A DNA stretch of 64,000 nucleotides from the NCBI GenBank assembly GCA_963826715.1, contig CAWGYA010000008.1:1216001-1280000 (forward strand). Direction: 5' to 3'. This DNA comes from Candidatus Bathyarchaeota archaeon. GTDB lineage: Archaea > Thermoproteota > Bathyarchaeia > Bathyarchaeales > Bathycorpusculaceae. A program made the position numbers and the translations under genes. The notes below the pieces were generated by a model. The model ran no database searches. It saw only the letters and a list, made by a program, of their open reading frames with translations, and was not told where the DNA came from. Shown here in pieces: positions 1 to 9,658 of the stretch (its first letter is position 1; each line of letters begins with the position of its first letter).

Positions 1-878
1 AACCGACGGTAAATTCGTCTGCAGCAGCACCCCATGGCACACCGACAGCCTCTTCTACAAAATATTTAACCACAAAGACTACAGCATTTTCAAAACCTCT
101 CACGTCCCAATTGAAAGAGCCTTAAGCCCAGAAGGACCACTAAAACCCAACATTATCCAACGCATAAAAACCCAAATGGGCGATGACCCATCACGCTGGC
201 GCCGAGAAATGCACGCTGAATGGACTGAAGACGAAGACGTTTGGCTACCCCAAAGCCTAATCGCCGCTCTGCCTCGGCACCAAAAAAAACTGCCCAGAAG
301 AACTCGCCGCTTTTGATCCTCAAACTCCCCAAGAAGGCGAATTCTTCGCTGGACTAGATTTAGCACAAACCCGCGACTACAGCGTCCTTTCAGTAATAGA
401 ACGCAGAAACGATATCCTCTACCTGAGGCATCTAAAAATTTTCCAACAACCCGCAATCTACGCCAACATAATAGGTTACATAAAAACACTTCAAGACCGC
501 TGGAACGGCTTTGAACGCATTCGAGTGGACTTCACCCGAGAAGGTCCCTCATTCATAGCCGACATGCAAAACGCCGGTATCGAAAACGCTGAAGGCGTCA
601 ACTTTAGTGTCCCACGTAAAAGTGAAATGGCTGGCCTCCTCAAACAGCGTATGCTAAACAAACAATTCTTCTATCCACTACTAACTTGGGAACGACCTTA
701 CAGAGGAGAAATCTGCAACGAACTCAACATAGAACGCTTCAACCTAAGAAAAGACGGCAACATCGGCTTCTCCCACCCACAAGGCACACACGACGATGTA
801 TTCTGGAGCATAACACTTGCAATCTACTCAACCGCAAACATGGAACCGGAACCTTACCTGGCGATAATTCCCCTTTAA
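1..878 (+). pseudogene. Terminase large subunit, 3' part (end of ATPase domain plus RNase H-like nuclease domain), interrupted by a +1 frameshift; 5' end lies outside the window
   Basis: Frame 2 (2-316) reads ...CSSTPWHTDSLFY...RWRREMHAEW then TGA. Frame 3 (261-878) reads FFAGLDLAQTRDYS...VDFTREG...HDDVFWS, the typical TerL nuclease acidic motifs. Confidence 0.75.
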
Positions 879-879
879 T

Positions 880-1110
880 AACCCAAACCCAAACCAAACA
901 TCTCCCACTACCACAACCTAACCAAACCATGCAAGAAGTGAACAAAAAATCAAGCTCCCCACAAGTAAAACACAGCTAAAAAACAAACCAAAACAGAAAA
1001 CCAGCCCAAACCACAACCCACGAAGTGAAAAAACAAAAAACCCCACAACCACGCAAAACAAAAAACCTTTTATCCCAAGTAAACTTCAAAAACAAACCAA
1101 GAAAGAACAA
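880..1110. repeat. A/C-rich low-complexity tract
   Basis: Almost G/T-free runs such as acccaaacccaaaccaaac and aaaacaaaccaaaacag; no convincing ORF. Confidence 0.6.
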
Positions 1111-1217
1111 AATCCCTTCAATTAATATATATTTTATTTTTTTAACTATAGAATATTTGTGAAATTTTAAGAGAAATATTTCACCATTATAGCTTGCCGA
1201 GAATCGCAAAACCGACA

Positions 1218-1319
1218 ATGAGACGAGCTTAGCGAATCTTGTTCAACAACCAAAAGTATCCCGCATTTGATCTCTTTTCAACCCGATGTTGGATACTAAT
1301 TCGCTGAGCATTCATTTTT
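1218..1319 (+). ncRNA. Candidate structured RNA / long hairpin
   Basis: GCTTAGCGAAT (1227-1237) pairs with ATTCGCTGAGC (1299-1309), AGTATCC (1255-1261) pairs with GGATACT (1291-1297), there are inner short stems, and a T-run follows. Confidence 0.35.
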
Positions 1320-1422
1320 AGTAAGGGTGAGAGTTGGATTAAATCTGATTATTTTGGATTCAGTTGGTATTTCACAAATATTAAGTAATAATAAAGCCTA
1401 CTGTGCCCCAGGTAACCAATCA

Positions 1423-1686
1423 ATGACCTTAACCCTTGATCCTCAAACCAACACCCGAGTACAACTGGTAATTCACAGTTTATGCTTAAGCTGCTTAGGA
1501 GAAGCAATTTTCCTCCAAGTTTTAGTATTCTCCTCCATCTTAGGACAAGGTTACTTCAGAGCAGTGGAAACAAACTCAAGCATTCTTGCCTTCGAACTGC
1601 TCCTCATCGCTTTCACAACCATTTACTTCATCTACCTTTATCAAAAAACAATTCGCTCAAGCCTAAAACGCCAAACCGCAACCTAA
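1423..1686 (+). CDS. Small hypothetical membrane protein (2 TM)
   Basis: ORF with two hydrophobic segments; ATG at 1423 preferred over GTG at 1327. Confidence 0.6.
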   Translation: MTLTLDPQTNTRVQLVIHSLCLSCLGEAIFLQVLVFSSILGQGYFRAVETNSSILAFELLLIAFTTIYFIYLYQKTIRSSLKRQTAT

Positions 1687-1806
1687 CACCCAAAACCTAA
1701 GAAACATACCCAAACCCGCTAATTTTCAACTCACATTTAAAACATCCACAAACAACAAAACCCACAATAACCTTCAAAAGCAACCCATAAACCATTGATT
1801 GCAATA

Positions 1807-2433
1807 ATGATACCTGTTCTAAATGTTAATTGGCAAAGCCCATCAACCGAATACTCCCTCAGCGAACGCGACGCAGGTATCCTCTCGCTGATTGAAACCG
1901 AAGACTTAGCAGTCTTCACTTTCGATGGGCTCAAACGCAGAACAGGTTTGCATCCTGAAACACTCTCCCGAATACTCGCTCGACTCGAACAAGATGGCAT
2001 CATTAAAAAAGGACCCGACGGCTACCACGTAACCCCCAAAATTACCGAACTAAAACTTCACACCCCACGAGCCGAAGCGCCCACTACACCACTTATCCAA
2101 ACTTTTTTGCCCTCCGACCTACGCACTCAACAACTTATCCTCTCGCTAAGAGGCAAATGGTTTGGTAAACTGCGATGGCTGGGCATATCAGAGAATCTCC
2201 AAGGCGTCACCCTTAAATGGATAACTGAAGATGGAGGAATCCAAATCGCAGCAAACATCCAAGGCACCGCGCTTAACATCGAAGCAAAGTTCTTAACCAA
2301 CAACAACCTCAACGCAGCACTCAAAGCTTCATACCAGCTGATGTCACTGATCGGCAAAATGTGCATAGCCTCAAGCCGACCCCCAATCGCCCGAAACGTG
2401 GGATACTTCGGTCGTCAATACATGCCCGCATAA
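1807..2433 (+). CDS. Winged helix-turn-helix domain protein
   Basis: FDGLKRRTGLHPETLSRILARLEQDGII wHTH signature plus an uncharacterised C-terminal domain. Confidence 0.75.
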   Translation: MIPVLNVNWQSPSTEYSLSERDAGILSLIETEDLAVFTFDGLKRRTGLHPETLSRILARLEQDGIIKKGPDGYHVTPKITELKLHTPRAEAPTTPLIQTFLPSDLRTQQLILSLRGKWFGKLRWLGISENLQGVTLKWITEDGGIQIAANIQGTALNIEAKFLTNNNLNAALKASYQLMSLIGKMCIASSRPPIARNVGYFGRQYMPA

Positions 2434-2591
2434 GAGGGTATTCAAAAGATTTTCATTAAGCAGAAATAAGATTGCCAGCTCCGTTTCCATTATTTCTTCA
2501 AATAAACTCAAGGAACTGACGCAAAAAAGATAAAAAAAGAAAAATTATTGAATAGTTATGTCTTGCTTAATTGTCGCCGTTTGATTTCGGG

Positions 2592-2765
2592 TTACTGGAC
2601 TACTTCTAGGAAGCACACCGCATCAGAGCTTAGCTCAACGCTAGAGTGATCAATTAGGTGTGCGGTGCCATCAGGACAGTAGACTTTGTCGCCTTTCACG
2701 GCTCTTTGATATCGTTTGCTGCATTCTTTTAGTTTGGAGCATCCGTCACAATCTCTTGAAAGCAT
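2592..2765 (-). CDS. Cys/His-rich micro-protein (57 aa), paralogue of 36267-36392
   Basis: MLSRDCDGCSKLKECSKRYQRAVKGDKVYCPDGTAHLIDHSSVELSSDAVCFLEVVQ; GGAGATGA RBS upstream; paralogue differs by many synonymous changes. Confidence 0.8.
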   Translation of the reverse strand: MLSRDCDGCSKLKECSKRYQRAVKGDKVYCPDGTAHLIDHSSVELSSDAVCFLEVVQ

Positions 2766-3155
2766 TTTGTTTCATCTCCACTTATTCAACAAATAAAGGG
2801 TGACGGCTGCCTATATAGGTGCCCCACATAAAATATATAGTTAATATATTAAAAAACTCTTTAATCAAAAAAGGCAGCGCTAAAGTATCCTCAAACTAAA
2901 AATATAAAAAAATAGCCAATAACCCCACAAAACAAATCGCGCATCGCAGAGACGCTGAAATTCAACAGCGATACATCTAAAAGTGCATCACCAATAAATA
3001 AGATAATTGAAGAAAAAGTTACCAAGATATTTAATTAGTCAAATTGTTAAGCGCAAGGTTTGTTTTTGTGCGACGAAAGGTTTTAATGTCCCCTTTAAGT
3101 CTCATAGGTGCACCAACGTATAATAAACTGCAAAACAATGGATTGATGGACCAAG

Positions 3156-3464
3156 ATGGTTAGAAAAGCAAGAATACGCCTCACAAGCACCGATTACGCG
3201 AAACTAGAAGAGGTTTGCGGAGAACTTAGGAGTATCGCTCAAAAAACAGGCGTAAAAATGAATGGTCCAGTACCGCTTCCCACTAAACGTCTCCGCGTTC
3301 CAGTCCTTAAGGGCCCATCCGGCGAAGGCACAGCAACATGGGATCGATGGGAAATGCGCATACACAAACGCTTAATCGACATCGACTCAGAAGAGCGTGT
3401 AATGCGCAGAATTATGCGAATCCGTGTACCTGAAGAAGTGCACGTAACAATCGAGCTCATCTAA
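3156..3464 (+). CDS. rpsJ: 30S ribosomal protein S10 (uS10)
   Basis: ARIRLTS...GPVPLPTK...[12 protein letters not shown] archaeal S10 motifs. Confidence 0.97.
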   Translation: MVRKARIRLTSTDYAKLEEVCGELRSIAQKTGVKMNGPVPLPTKRLRVPVLKGPSGEGTATWDRWEMRIHKRLIDIDSEERVMRRIMRIRVPEEVHVTIELI

Positions 3465-3598
3465 AACTTTTAATTTTTTTTAATTTCTGATTCTTTATTA
3501 GCGCAAGCACTTTCAATTTTTAGAAGTGAAAACTTGATAGAGAGAATTACTTTTAGTTAATCACCTAACTAGTCTGTGGTGGCAACTGAACTACTCTA

Positions 3599-4405
3599 TC
3601 AAAAGAAAAGAAGCCAACCAAAAATCACCGTAAGGAGGACACTGGGAATAAATGCTGCTACCCAAACAGACTTGTTTAAGAGAAATATTTTATAGCCATC
3701 CAAAACTCCAAAAGGAACCAAATTGAAGAGGGCCATAAACGAGTTTATGTAACCTGAGAAAACAAACATCCACGTGAAATCGTTAAATGGTAGACCAAAC
3801 GATAAGCCCAAAAACAATCCTGCAAGAGCCATGTTGGTTATAACTCCCGCAACGGAGATCTTCACCATATCCCTAGCCGATGGTGTGTTCCCACCAATCA
3901 TCATTGCACCAGGAGCAATCATTTTGAAGGGCAAAAATACGGAAAAAAAAGTCAAGATAGCTCCCCAGGTGGTCAGTCGAAATTCAGCCCACATCCCAGC
4001 TTTCTGCGCCATAACTTTATGCGCAATCTCATGAATCAAAAAAGATGCCATCATAATGGCTGCAAAAGACGCTATAACAACCCAGCTCCAGCTGAAACTG
4101 TATAGAGCCATCGAAAAGCCAATTCCTAAGACAAGAGCCGCTGCAATGCCTATATGCTTAAATTCTTTTTGACTAAAACGTATACGATACTTGCGCTTGA
4201 AGGGATCTTGACCAATTGCATAACTGTAATTATAAGAATTATACGCTTGCTGAGTCATAACTCGCTGTTGCGTTTGTGTGCGGGCATTGTTAATTCCTAA
4301 GCAGTGGTGATTTTCGGGTAGACGGTGTGCACTGCAATATTGTCCACCGCAGAAAGGACAGCGGAACGGTAGAATAGTTTCTTGCCCACATGTTTGGCAT
4401 TTCAT
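3599..4405 (-). CDS. AN1-type zinc finger fused to M50 (site-2) metallopeptidase
   Basis: CxxC...CPFCGGQYCSAHRLPENHHC; HEIAH; NLVPFGVLDG. Confidence 0.88.
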   Translation of the reverse strand: MKCQTCGQETILPFRCPFCGGQYCSAHRLPENHHCLGINNARTQTQQRVMTQQAYNSYNYSYAIGQDPFKRKYRIRFSQKEFKHIGIAAALVLGIGFSMALYSFSWSWVVIASFAAIMMASFLIHEIAHKVMAQKAGMWAEFRLTTWGAILTFFSVFLPFKMIAPGAMMIGGNTPSARDMVKISVAGVITNMALAGLFLGLSFGLPFNDFTWMFVFSGYINSFMALFNLVPFGVLDGYKIFLLNKSVWVAAFIPSVLLTVIFGWLLFF

Positions 4406-4552
4406 TAATTTAGCGCCTTTTCCAAGTTAATGCAGGTGGTATCTTATATTTTTACGCCAAAACCTACTCTAAATTATACCTATTCATTATTTGCAAAAAC
4501 GCTTTAAACAACCAAAGCATAACAGGCAAGAGAAAACAGGGGACTCTTTCAC

Positions 4553-5758
4553 TTGAAACAGTTTAGTTTTGTCCACGCTTCGGACTTACATCTTGGTTAC
4601 GCACAATACGGGCTTGAAGTACGCAGACAAGACTTCGACAACGCCTTTAGCGAACTTGTGGATAAAACCATCGAATTAAAACCTGACTTCATGATTATAG
4701 CAGGCGACCTCTTTCACCAAGCAAGACCATCAAACCACACCTTAGAAAACACTATACGCAGCTTCAAACGACTAAAAGACGCAGAAATTCCTGTTTTAAC
4801 CGTAGACGGAAGCCACGACTCAGCACCCAATACCATAACCAGCACAATCCTCTACCCCCTTGACAGTGCAGGCTTAATTTTTCATCTTCCACGACACAAA
4901 GGTGCATGCTGGAGCAAACCAGGCTGCTGCTACGTCTATGGCATACCAAACTACCATAATCGACACAAAACAGACGAAGCCCTCCCCAAATTCATGACGG
5001 AAAACCCCCCGACACCCCAAGCAGATATCGCCAACATTTTTGTTTTCCACGGCGCACTCGATTTACCCGAAGTTACCCCCCCATATATCGAAGCCGAAAT
5101 TTCCCCTAAACTCATTCCCAGCGGTTTCTGCTACTATGCGGCAGGGCATGTACACGATCGATATATTGGAAAATTTAAGGATGGCTTACTGATTTACAGC
5201 GGCTGTACTGAAACTGTCAGCTACGACGAAGCAAAAATCCAAAAAGGCTTCTTCCATGTTAAGGTAGATGCAACTGGACATGTGCAACCTGAATTGATCC
5301 AACTTAATTCTCCCAGACGATTTGTCATCTTGGAATATGATTATTCAGCGATGGCGCCAGTGCAAATTACAGAACAAGCAGCCCAGATGGTCAGAGAAGC
5401 CGACGAACCCGATGTAGTGATTATTCCAATTTTAAAAGGTACCCTATCAGTAGAAGCCACACGCACCGAAATCGATATACCAAAAATCCGTGGTACCGCC
5501 CAAAAAGCCCTGTTGGTACATCCCATCGTCCAGCTTAAGGAAACCGCAGTTTCCGATGAAGTCGTTCGATCAATTTTTGAGGGCGACTTTAAAGATTTGA
5601 AAACTAAAGCGTTTGAGTATTTTGTCCAAATATTCATAGATCGCTACGGCCAAGAAGATGCCCAACGCATCGCCAAAGGAGCTTTGGCGTTAATTGAGCC
5701 GCTAACCCGAAAGCAAGACGAAAAAGTTAAGCAAACCATAGAGGAATTAACGCAGTGA
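4553..5758 (+). CDS. mre11: DNA double-strand break repair nuclease Mre11
   Basis: SDLHLG, GDLFH, GSHD, GHVH phosphoesterase motifs; overlaps rad50 (GTGA). Confidence 0.92.
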   Translation: MKQFSFVHASDLHLGYAQYGLEVRRQDFDNAFSELVDKTIELKPDFMIIAGDLFHQARPSNHTLENTIRSFKRLKDAEIPVLTVDGSHDSAPNTITSTILYPLDSAGLIFHLPRHKGACWSKPGCCYVYGIPNYHNRHKTDEALPKFMTENPPTPQADIANIFVFHGALDLPEVTPPYIEAEISPKLIPSGFCYYAAGHVHDRYIGKFKDGLLIYSGCTETVSYDEAKIQKGFFHVKVDATGHVQPELIQLNSPRRFVILEYDYSAMAPVQITEQAAQMVREADEPDVVIIPILKGTLSVEATRTEIDIPKIRGTAQKALLVHPIVQLKETAVSDEVVRSIFEGDFKDLKTKAFEYFVQIFIDRYGQEDAQRIAKGALALIEPLTRKQDEKVKQTIEELTQ

Positions 5759-7848
5759 AAATCGACATTGTACAGCTGGAAAACATCCGCAGCCACACAA
5801 AATCTACAGTACCCTTCACACGCGGCTTTAACTGTGTTATAGGCGGAGTAGGCTGTGGAAAATCCAGTGTGCTATACGCTGTGGATTTTGCTTTATTCGG
5901 TGACACCATTGGTAGTCGAAGTTTTGAGTATTTGCTCCGAGAAGGAGTTGAAGCATGCAAAGTTACCTTGCAGTTTACCCAGAATGGGGAAACCTACAAG
6001 ATAGTGCGCGGCTTAAGACGAAAAGGCAAAAGCATAACTCAGGACTCCGAGCAACTCAAGCTCTATGAAAATGAACGGCTAATAGCTAGCATGAAAAACG
6101 ACGCTATCGCCGAGCAGCTTAAAGCCATCACTGGACTTGACAAGGATCTGTACCGTGAAATCGTTTGGTTCCGCCAAGAGCACCTAAAAGAATTACTAGA
6201 TGCGAAACCACGTGATAGACAAACACGCCTAGACGAGCTGTTTGGGCTATCAGACTATGAACTTGCTTGGAGCCAAATTGCCCAATACCAACGCGACTAC
6301 GAAACAGAAAAACGCATCTACGAAAAAGACCCAGATGTCAATGCATTAGAAAAACTCAGCGGACAATACAATCGAGCAAGTGAAGAATTCACTCTGTTAG
6401 AAATGGATTTAGAGAATTCAGTCCAGAAACTCGAAGTAGCCAAACGGCTTTTGGAGGAAACAGAAACCACTCTCATGCTACTGGAAGAGAAAAAACTCAC
6501 TGTAGAGGAACTAAAACAAAAAGAAGCCCGCCTCAATGCGAACATCTCCAACATGGCCCGAACTTTTGCTTCATTAACCGAACGAATCGCAGGAAAAAAA
6601 ACCATTCTCGACAACTTACAATCACGCAAAGTTACGTTAGATAACCAAATACAGCAAAGCCTAAGCAAACTAGAGCAAGCAGGGTTGCCTAAAAATCAAT
6701 CAATCGAACATATCAAAACCTTTTTAGCAGGATTTGACGAGAAAATCACATCCAAGCGCGCCGAGCAAGAAGCTACATCTCACAACCTGCAACAAGACCA
6801 AAAAAGGTTGTCACAACTCAGTGGTGGCGAAGGCGAATGTCCACTTTGCAATCAGTCTTTATCGGGCAACTACAGAACAGAATTGAAACAAAGCATTCAG
6901 AATGAGAACGCACAACGCGAAAAAACAATTAACATTCTACGCCTTGAAGTTGCCTCGCTGCAGAAAGCAAAAATCATTGCCAATGAAGCCTACAACAGCT
7001 TACAAACCTGCCAAACTCGCAGCACCGACTTAAAGGTCCGAATCACCGAGGAAGAAGTCAACCTCAAAACCCTCTGTAACGAACTCGAAGCCCAACAACA
7101 AGAAGAGACATCCCAACACAATGAGCTTGAACTGCTGGTGGCCGAAATAGCAAAGTTTGACCTTTCCGAGCTGCAGGTTGCCAAAGGCAAAAAAGAGCAA
7201 GCTCTACGGCAGGTTTACACAATTGAGGCGGATTTACGCACCAAGGAAAATCGCAAGAAAGACCTTTCTCGACAATTAGATGACACCAAAGAACGTATTG
7301 ATGCTGCACAGGAAAAACTGGACCGTGTGGATAAGATTCGTCGAACCGTTGAACTTCTTGGTGCTGTACGCGATGCTTATCGCAGTATTCAACCTAAACT
7401 TCGAGGTGAATTCGTAAAGGTTCTGCGCAACTTTGTGCAACAAATTCTGGACAGCTTAGTAGGTGGGGAAACTCCAATGCTTAACATTGTTATCGACGAA
7501 AAATATACACCATACATAAAAAGTGAATCAGGTATTGAGCGTGAAGTTGCTAACCTTTCTGGTGGCGAGCGAACGTTGTTGGCGTTTGCTTACCGCTTGG
7601 GTTTGGGTCAGCTAATTATGCAGTCACGCACTGGTCACGGTTTGAGTCTGCTTATGCTTGATGAACCAACTGAGAATCTTGGTAGCGAAGACGGGAGCAT
7701 TGAGCGATTAGCAGAGGCGATTAGCCGCTTTAAAGCTATTGAGCAAATTATCGCCGTGACGCACAGTGAAGCTTTCGCCGCTAAAGGGGATCATGTAGTC
7801 GTTTTGGAGAAGGACTTGGGCGTGAGCAAAATCTCTATCGAGCGCTGA
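5755..7848 (+). CDS. rad50: DNA double-strand break repair ATPase Rad50
   Basis: Walker A GGVGCGKSS, coiled coils, CPLC zinc hook, LSGGE signature, LDEPT Walker B. Confidence 0.92.
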   Translation: MKIDIVQLENIRSHTKSTVPFTRGFNCVIGGVGCGKSSVLYAVDFALFGDTIGSRSFEYLLREGVEACKVTLQFTQNGETYKIVRGLRRKGKSITQDSEQLKLYENERLIASMKNDAIAEQLKAITGLDKDLYREIVWFRQEHLKELLDAKPRDRQTRLDELFGLSDYELAWSQIAQYQRDYETEKRIYEKDPDVNALEKLSGQYNRASEEFTLLEMDLENSVQKLEVAKRLLEETETTLMLLEEKKLTVEELKQKEARLNANISNMARTFASLTERIAGKKTILDNLQSRKVTLDNQIQQSLSKLEQAGLPKNQSIEHIKTFLAGFDEKITSKRAEQEATSHNLQQDQKRLSQLSGGEGECPLCNQSLSGNYRTELKQSIQNENAQREKTINILRLEVASLQKAKIIANEAYNSLQTCQTRSTDLKVRITEEEVNLKTLCNELEAQQQEETSQHNELELLVAEIAKFDLSELQVAKGKKEQALRQVYTIEADLRTKENRKKDLSRQLDDTKERIDAAQEKLDRVDKIRRTVELLGAVRDAYRSIQPKLRGEFVKVLRNFVQQILDSLVGGETPMLNIVIDEKYTPYIKSESGIEREVANLSGGERTLLAFAYRLGLGQLIMQSRTGHGLSLLMLDEPTENLGSEDGSIERLAEAISRFKAIEQIIAVTHSEAFAAKGDHVVVLEKDLGVSKISIER

Positions 7849-8072
7849 CAAATGATTCATAATATCTTCCACTGTTATAGCTCAGGTATTGCTGAAAAAT
7901 GCTTGCCAAATGCCTTAGCCTTAGGAAATTTTTGGTTTATTTAAAGCAAAATTCCTTCCTCTTACGCAGCTTAATTCGGAAGAAAATCATGCTTTTCTGT
8001 CCAACACTTAAACACTTGGAAAAGCTTATATTGAATTTCAAACTAAAGGAAGTTAGATACTCGGTGATTTAA

Positions 8073-8582
8073 TTGGACAAAAAAACAATATACATCATCG
8101 TCGCGGTTTTAATCGTCGTGATTGTTGTCGGTGTTGCAGGTTATATGTTACTCAATAACGGAAACAATGCACCCGAAGCAACTCCCACACCAACTCCAGC
8201 TCCAAACGTTGCAGATGCCACCAGTCTACAATTCGTAGCTAACGTAACAAGCCAAGGACAAACCACCGCATACACATGGCAAGGCGAAAACATTCACGGT
8301 GCAGCTATGATCCGTGTTGACTTTTCAACCTACTCATACATTCTAGATGCCTCTCAAGAGAAATCTTGGATCAGCACTGACAGCGGCGCCACATGGACAG
8401 CCAGCGATTTCGCTACCGACTGGATAGCCTGGAGTCCTCAATGGTCAGACTACGTTGCTAACTTAGAACACTGGACAGGAAGCGTTGAATACACCTACAC
8501 CAACACAGTTGGCGAAGCGATTGTACTATACTCCATTGCAGTTAATCCAACAATAGACCCAGCAACATTTGTTGCCACTTAA
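8073..8582 (+). CDS. Membrane-anchored/secreted hypothetical protein
   Basis: N-terminal TM helix, PTPTP linker, beta-rich domain. Confidence 0.75.
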   Translation: MDKKTIYIIVAVLIVVIVVGVAGYMLLNNGNNAPEATPTPTPAPNVADATSLQFVANVTSQGQTTAYTWQGENIHGAAMIRVDFSTYSYILDASQEKSWISTDSGATWTASDFATDWIAWSPQWSDYVANLEHWTGSVEYTYTNTVGEAIVLYSIAVNPTIDPATFVAT

Positions 8583-8827
8583 GCAACCGCGTTTGTTGGA
8601 TTTCCTAAACCAACCCTTTCCCTTTTTTGACAAAACTTCTTAAGCAGCAGTTATTTTTTATTAAATTCAAGCCGCCATAAGAAGTACATCTCAAAGTCAG
8701 CGGGTTATCTTGCCGTTATGGTCGCAGATTTAGTGCTTGGTATTTTTTATCATGCCGCAAACTTTCGTGTTAATTTTATTTTTATGAATTATCAACGTTG
8801 TTTACAAAAATACGAAGTTAAACGGTA

Positions 8828-9658
8828 TTAGGTTACGAGGTCGTAGCCTCTTGCAGTCACCATTTTGCCATTCACCATTTTCGTAGCAGAGTTGCCTACA
8901 ACGATGGTTGTGACCATGTCGATTTCGCAGTTCACCATGTCTTTTAAAGTAGTGATGGTGTATGTTTGTCCTTCTCTGCCCGCCTGCCGTACGATACCCA
9001 CCAACGTTTTGGGGTCCATATGCTTCATCATGATTTCATAAGCTTTCATTAATGGTTCTATTCGTCCCTGGCTTTGGGGGTTGTAGAAAACTATGGACAT
9101 GTCTCCTTGTGATACGAGTTCGAGTCGTCGCTCGATTTTCTTCCAAGGCGTCAAAAGATCGCTTAGGCTGATGACTGAAAAGTCACTCACCAATGGGGCG
9201 CCGAGGATTGCAGAAGCTGCAGTTGCTGCGGTTACACCGGGCACGATTTCCACGGGCACTTTAGCTTGGTCTCTTTCTACGACTTCTAACACGATGCCTG
9301 CCATACCGTACACACCAGGGTCGCCGCTGCTGACCACCACAACACGTTTGCCTTCTTTGGCTTTTGCGACGGCAGTTTTGGCGCGATCTACTTCTTTACC
9401 CATGGTTCCAGAAATCACTTCAGCGTTTTTCTTTACAATATCTTGGACAAGTTTGATATACGTTCCATAGCCAACAACAACATCAGCTGCTTCGATTTCT
9501 GCTTTGGCTTTTGGCGTCAGGTGTTCTGGGCACCCTGGACCGATGCCGATAACACTTAAGTGCCCTCGGCTATCGCCACGGTTACTCCATTTTGTTTGGT
9601 TTTCTTTAGAATCAGCTTTGCATTGTTTCCCGCTACCAGTAAGGCTGCTCGTTCGCAT
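8828..9658 (-). CDS. cbiH: Cobalt-factor III / precorrin-3B C17-methyltransferase (start uncertain)
   Basis: LSVIGIGPG, VSSGDPGVYGMA, ISLSDLLTPW, DMVTTIVVGN, RGY end. Confidence 0.92.
   Translation of the reverse strand: MRTSSLTGSGKQCKADSKENQTKWSNRGDSRGHLSVIGIGPGCPEHLTPKAKAEIEAADVVVGYGTYIKLVQDIVKKNAEVISGTMGKEVDRAKTAVAKAKEGKRVVVVSSGDPGVYGMAGIVLEVVERDQAKVPVEIVPGVTAATAASAILGAPLVSDFSVISLSDLLTPWKKIERRLELVSQGDMSIVFYNPQSQGRIEPLMKAYEIMMKHMDPKTLVGIVRQAGREGQTYTITTLKDMVNCEIDMVTTIVVGNSATKMVNGKMVTARGYDLVT

Noticed and set aside
686-1218. ORFs 686-979 (+), 739-945 (-) and 976-1218 (-)
   Set aside because: They arise from the alternative frame of the terminase and the A/C low-complexity tract; composition is not protein-like.
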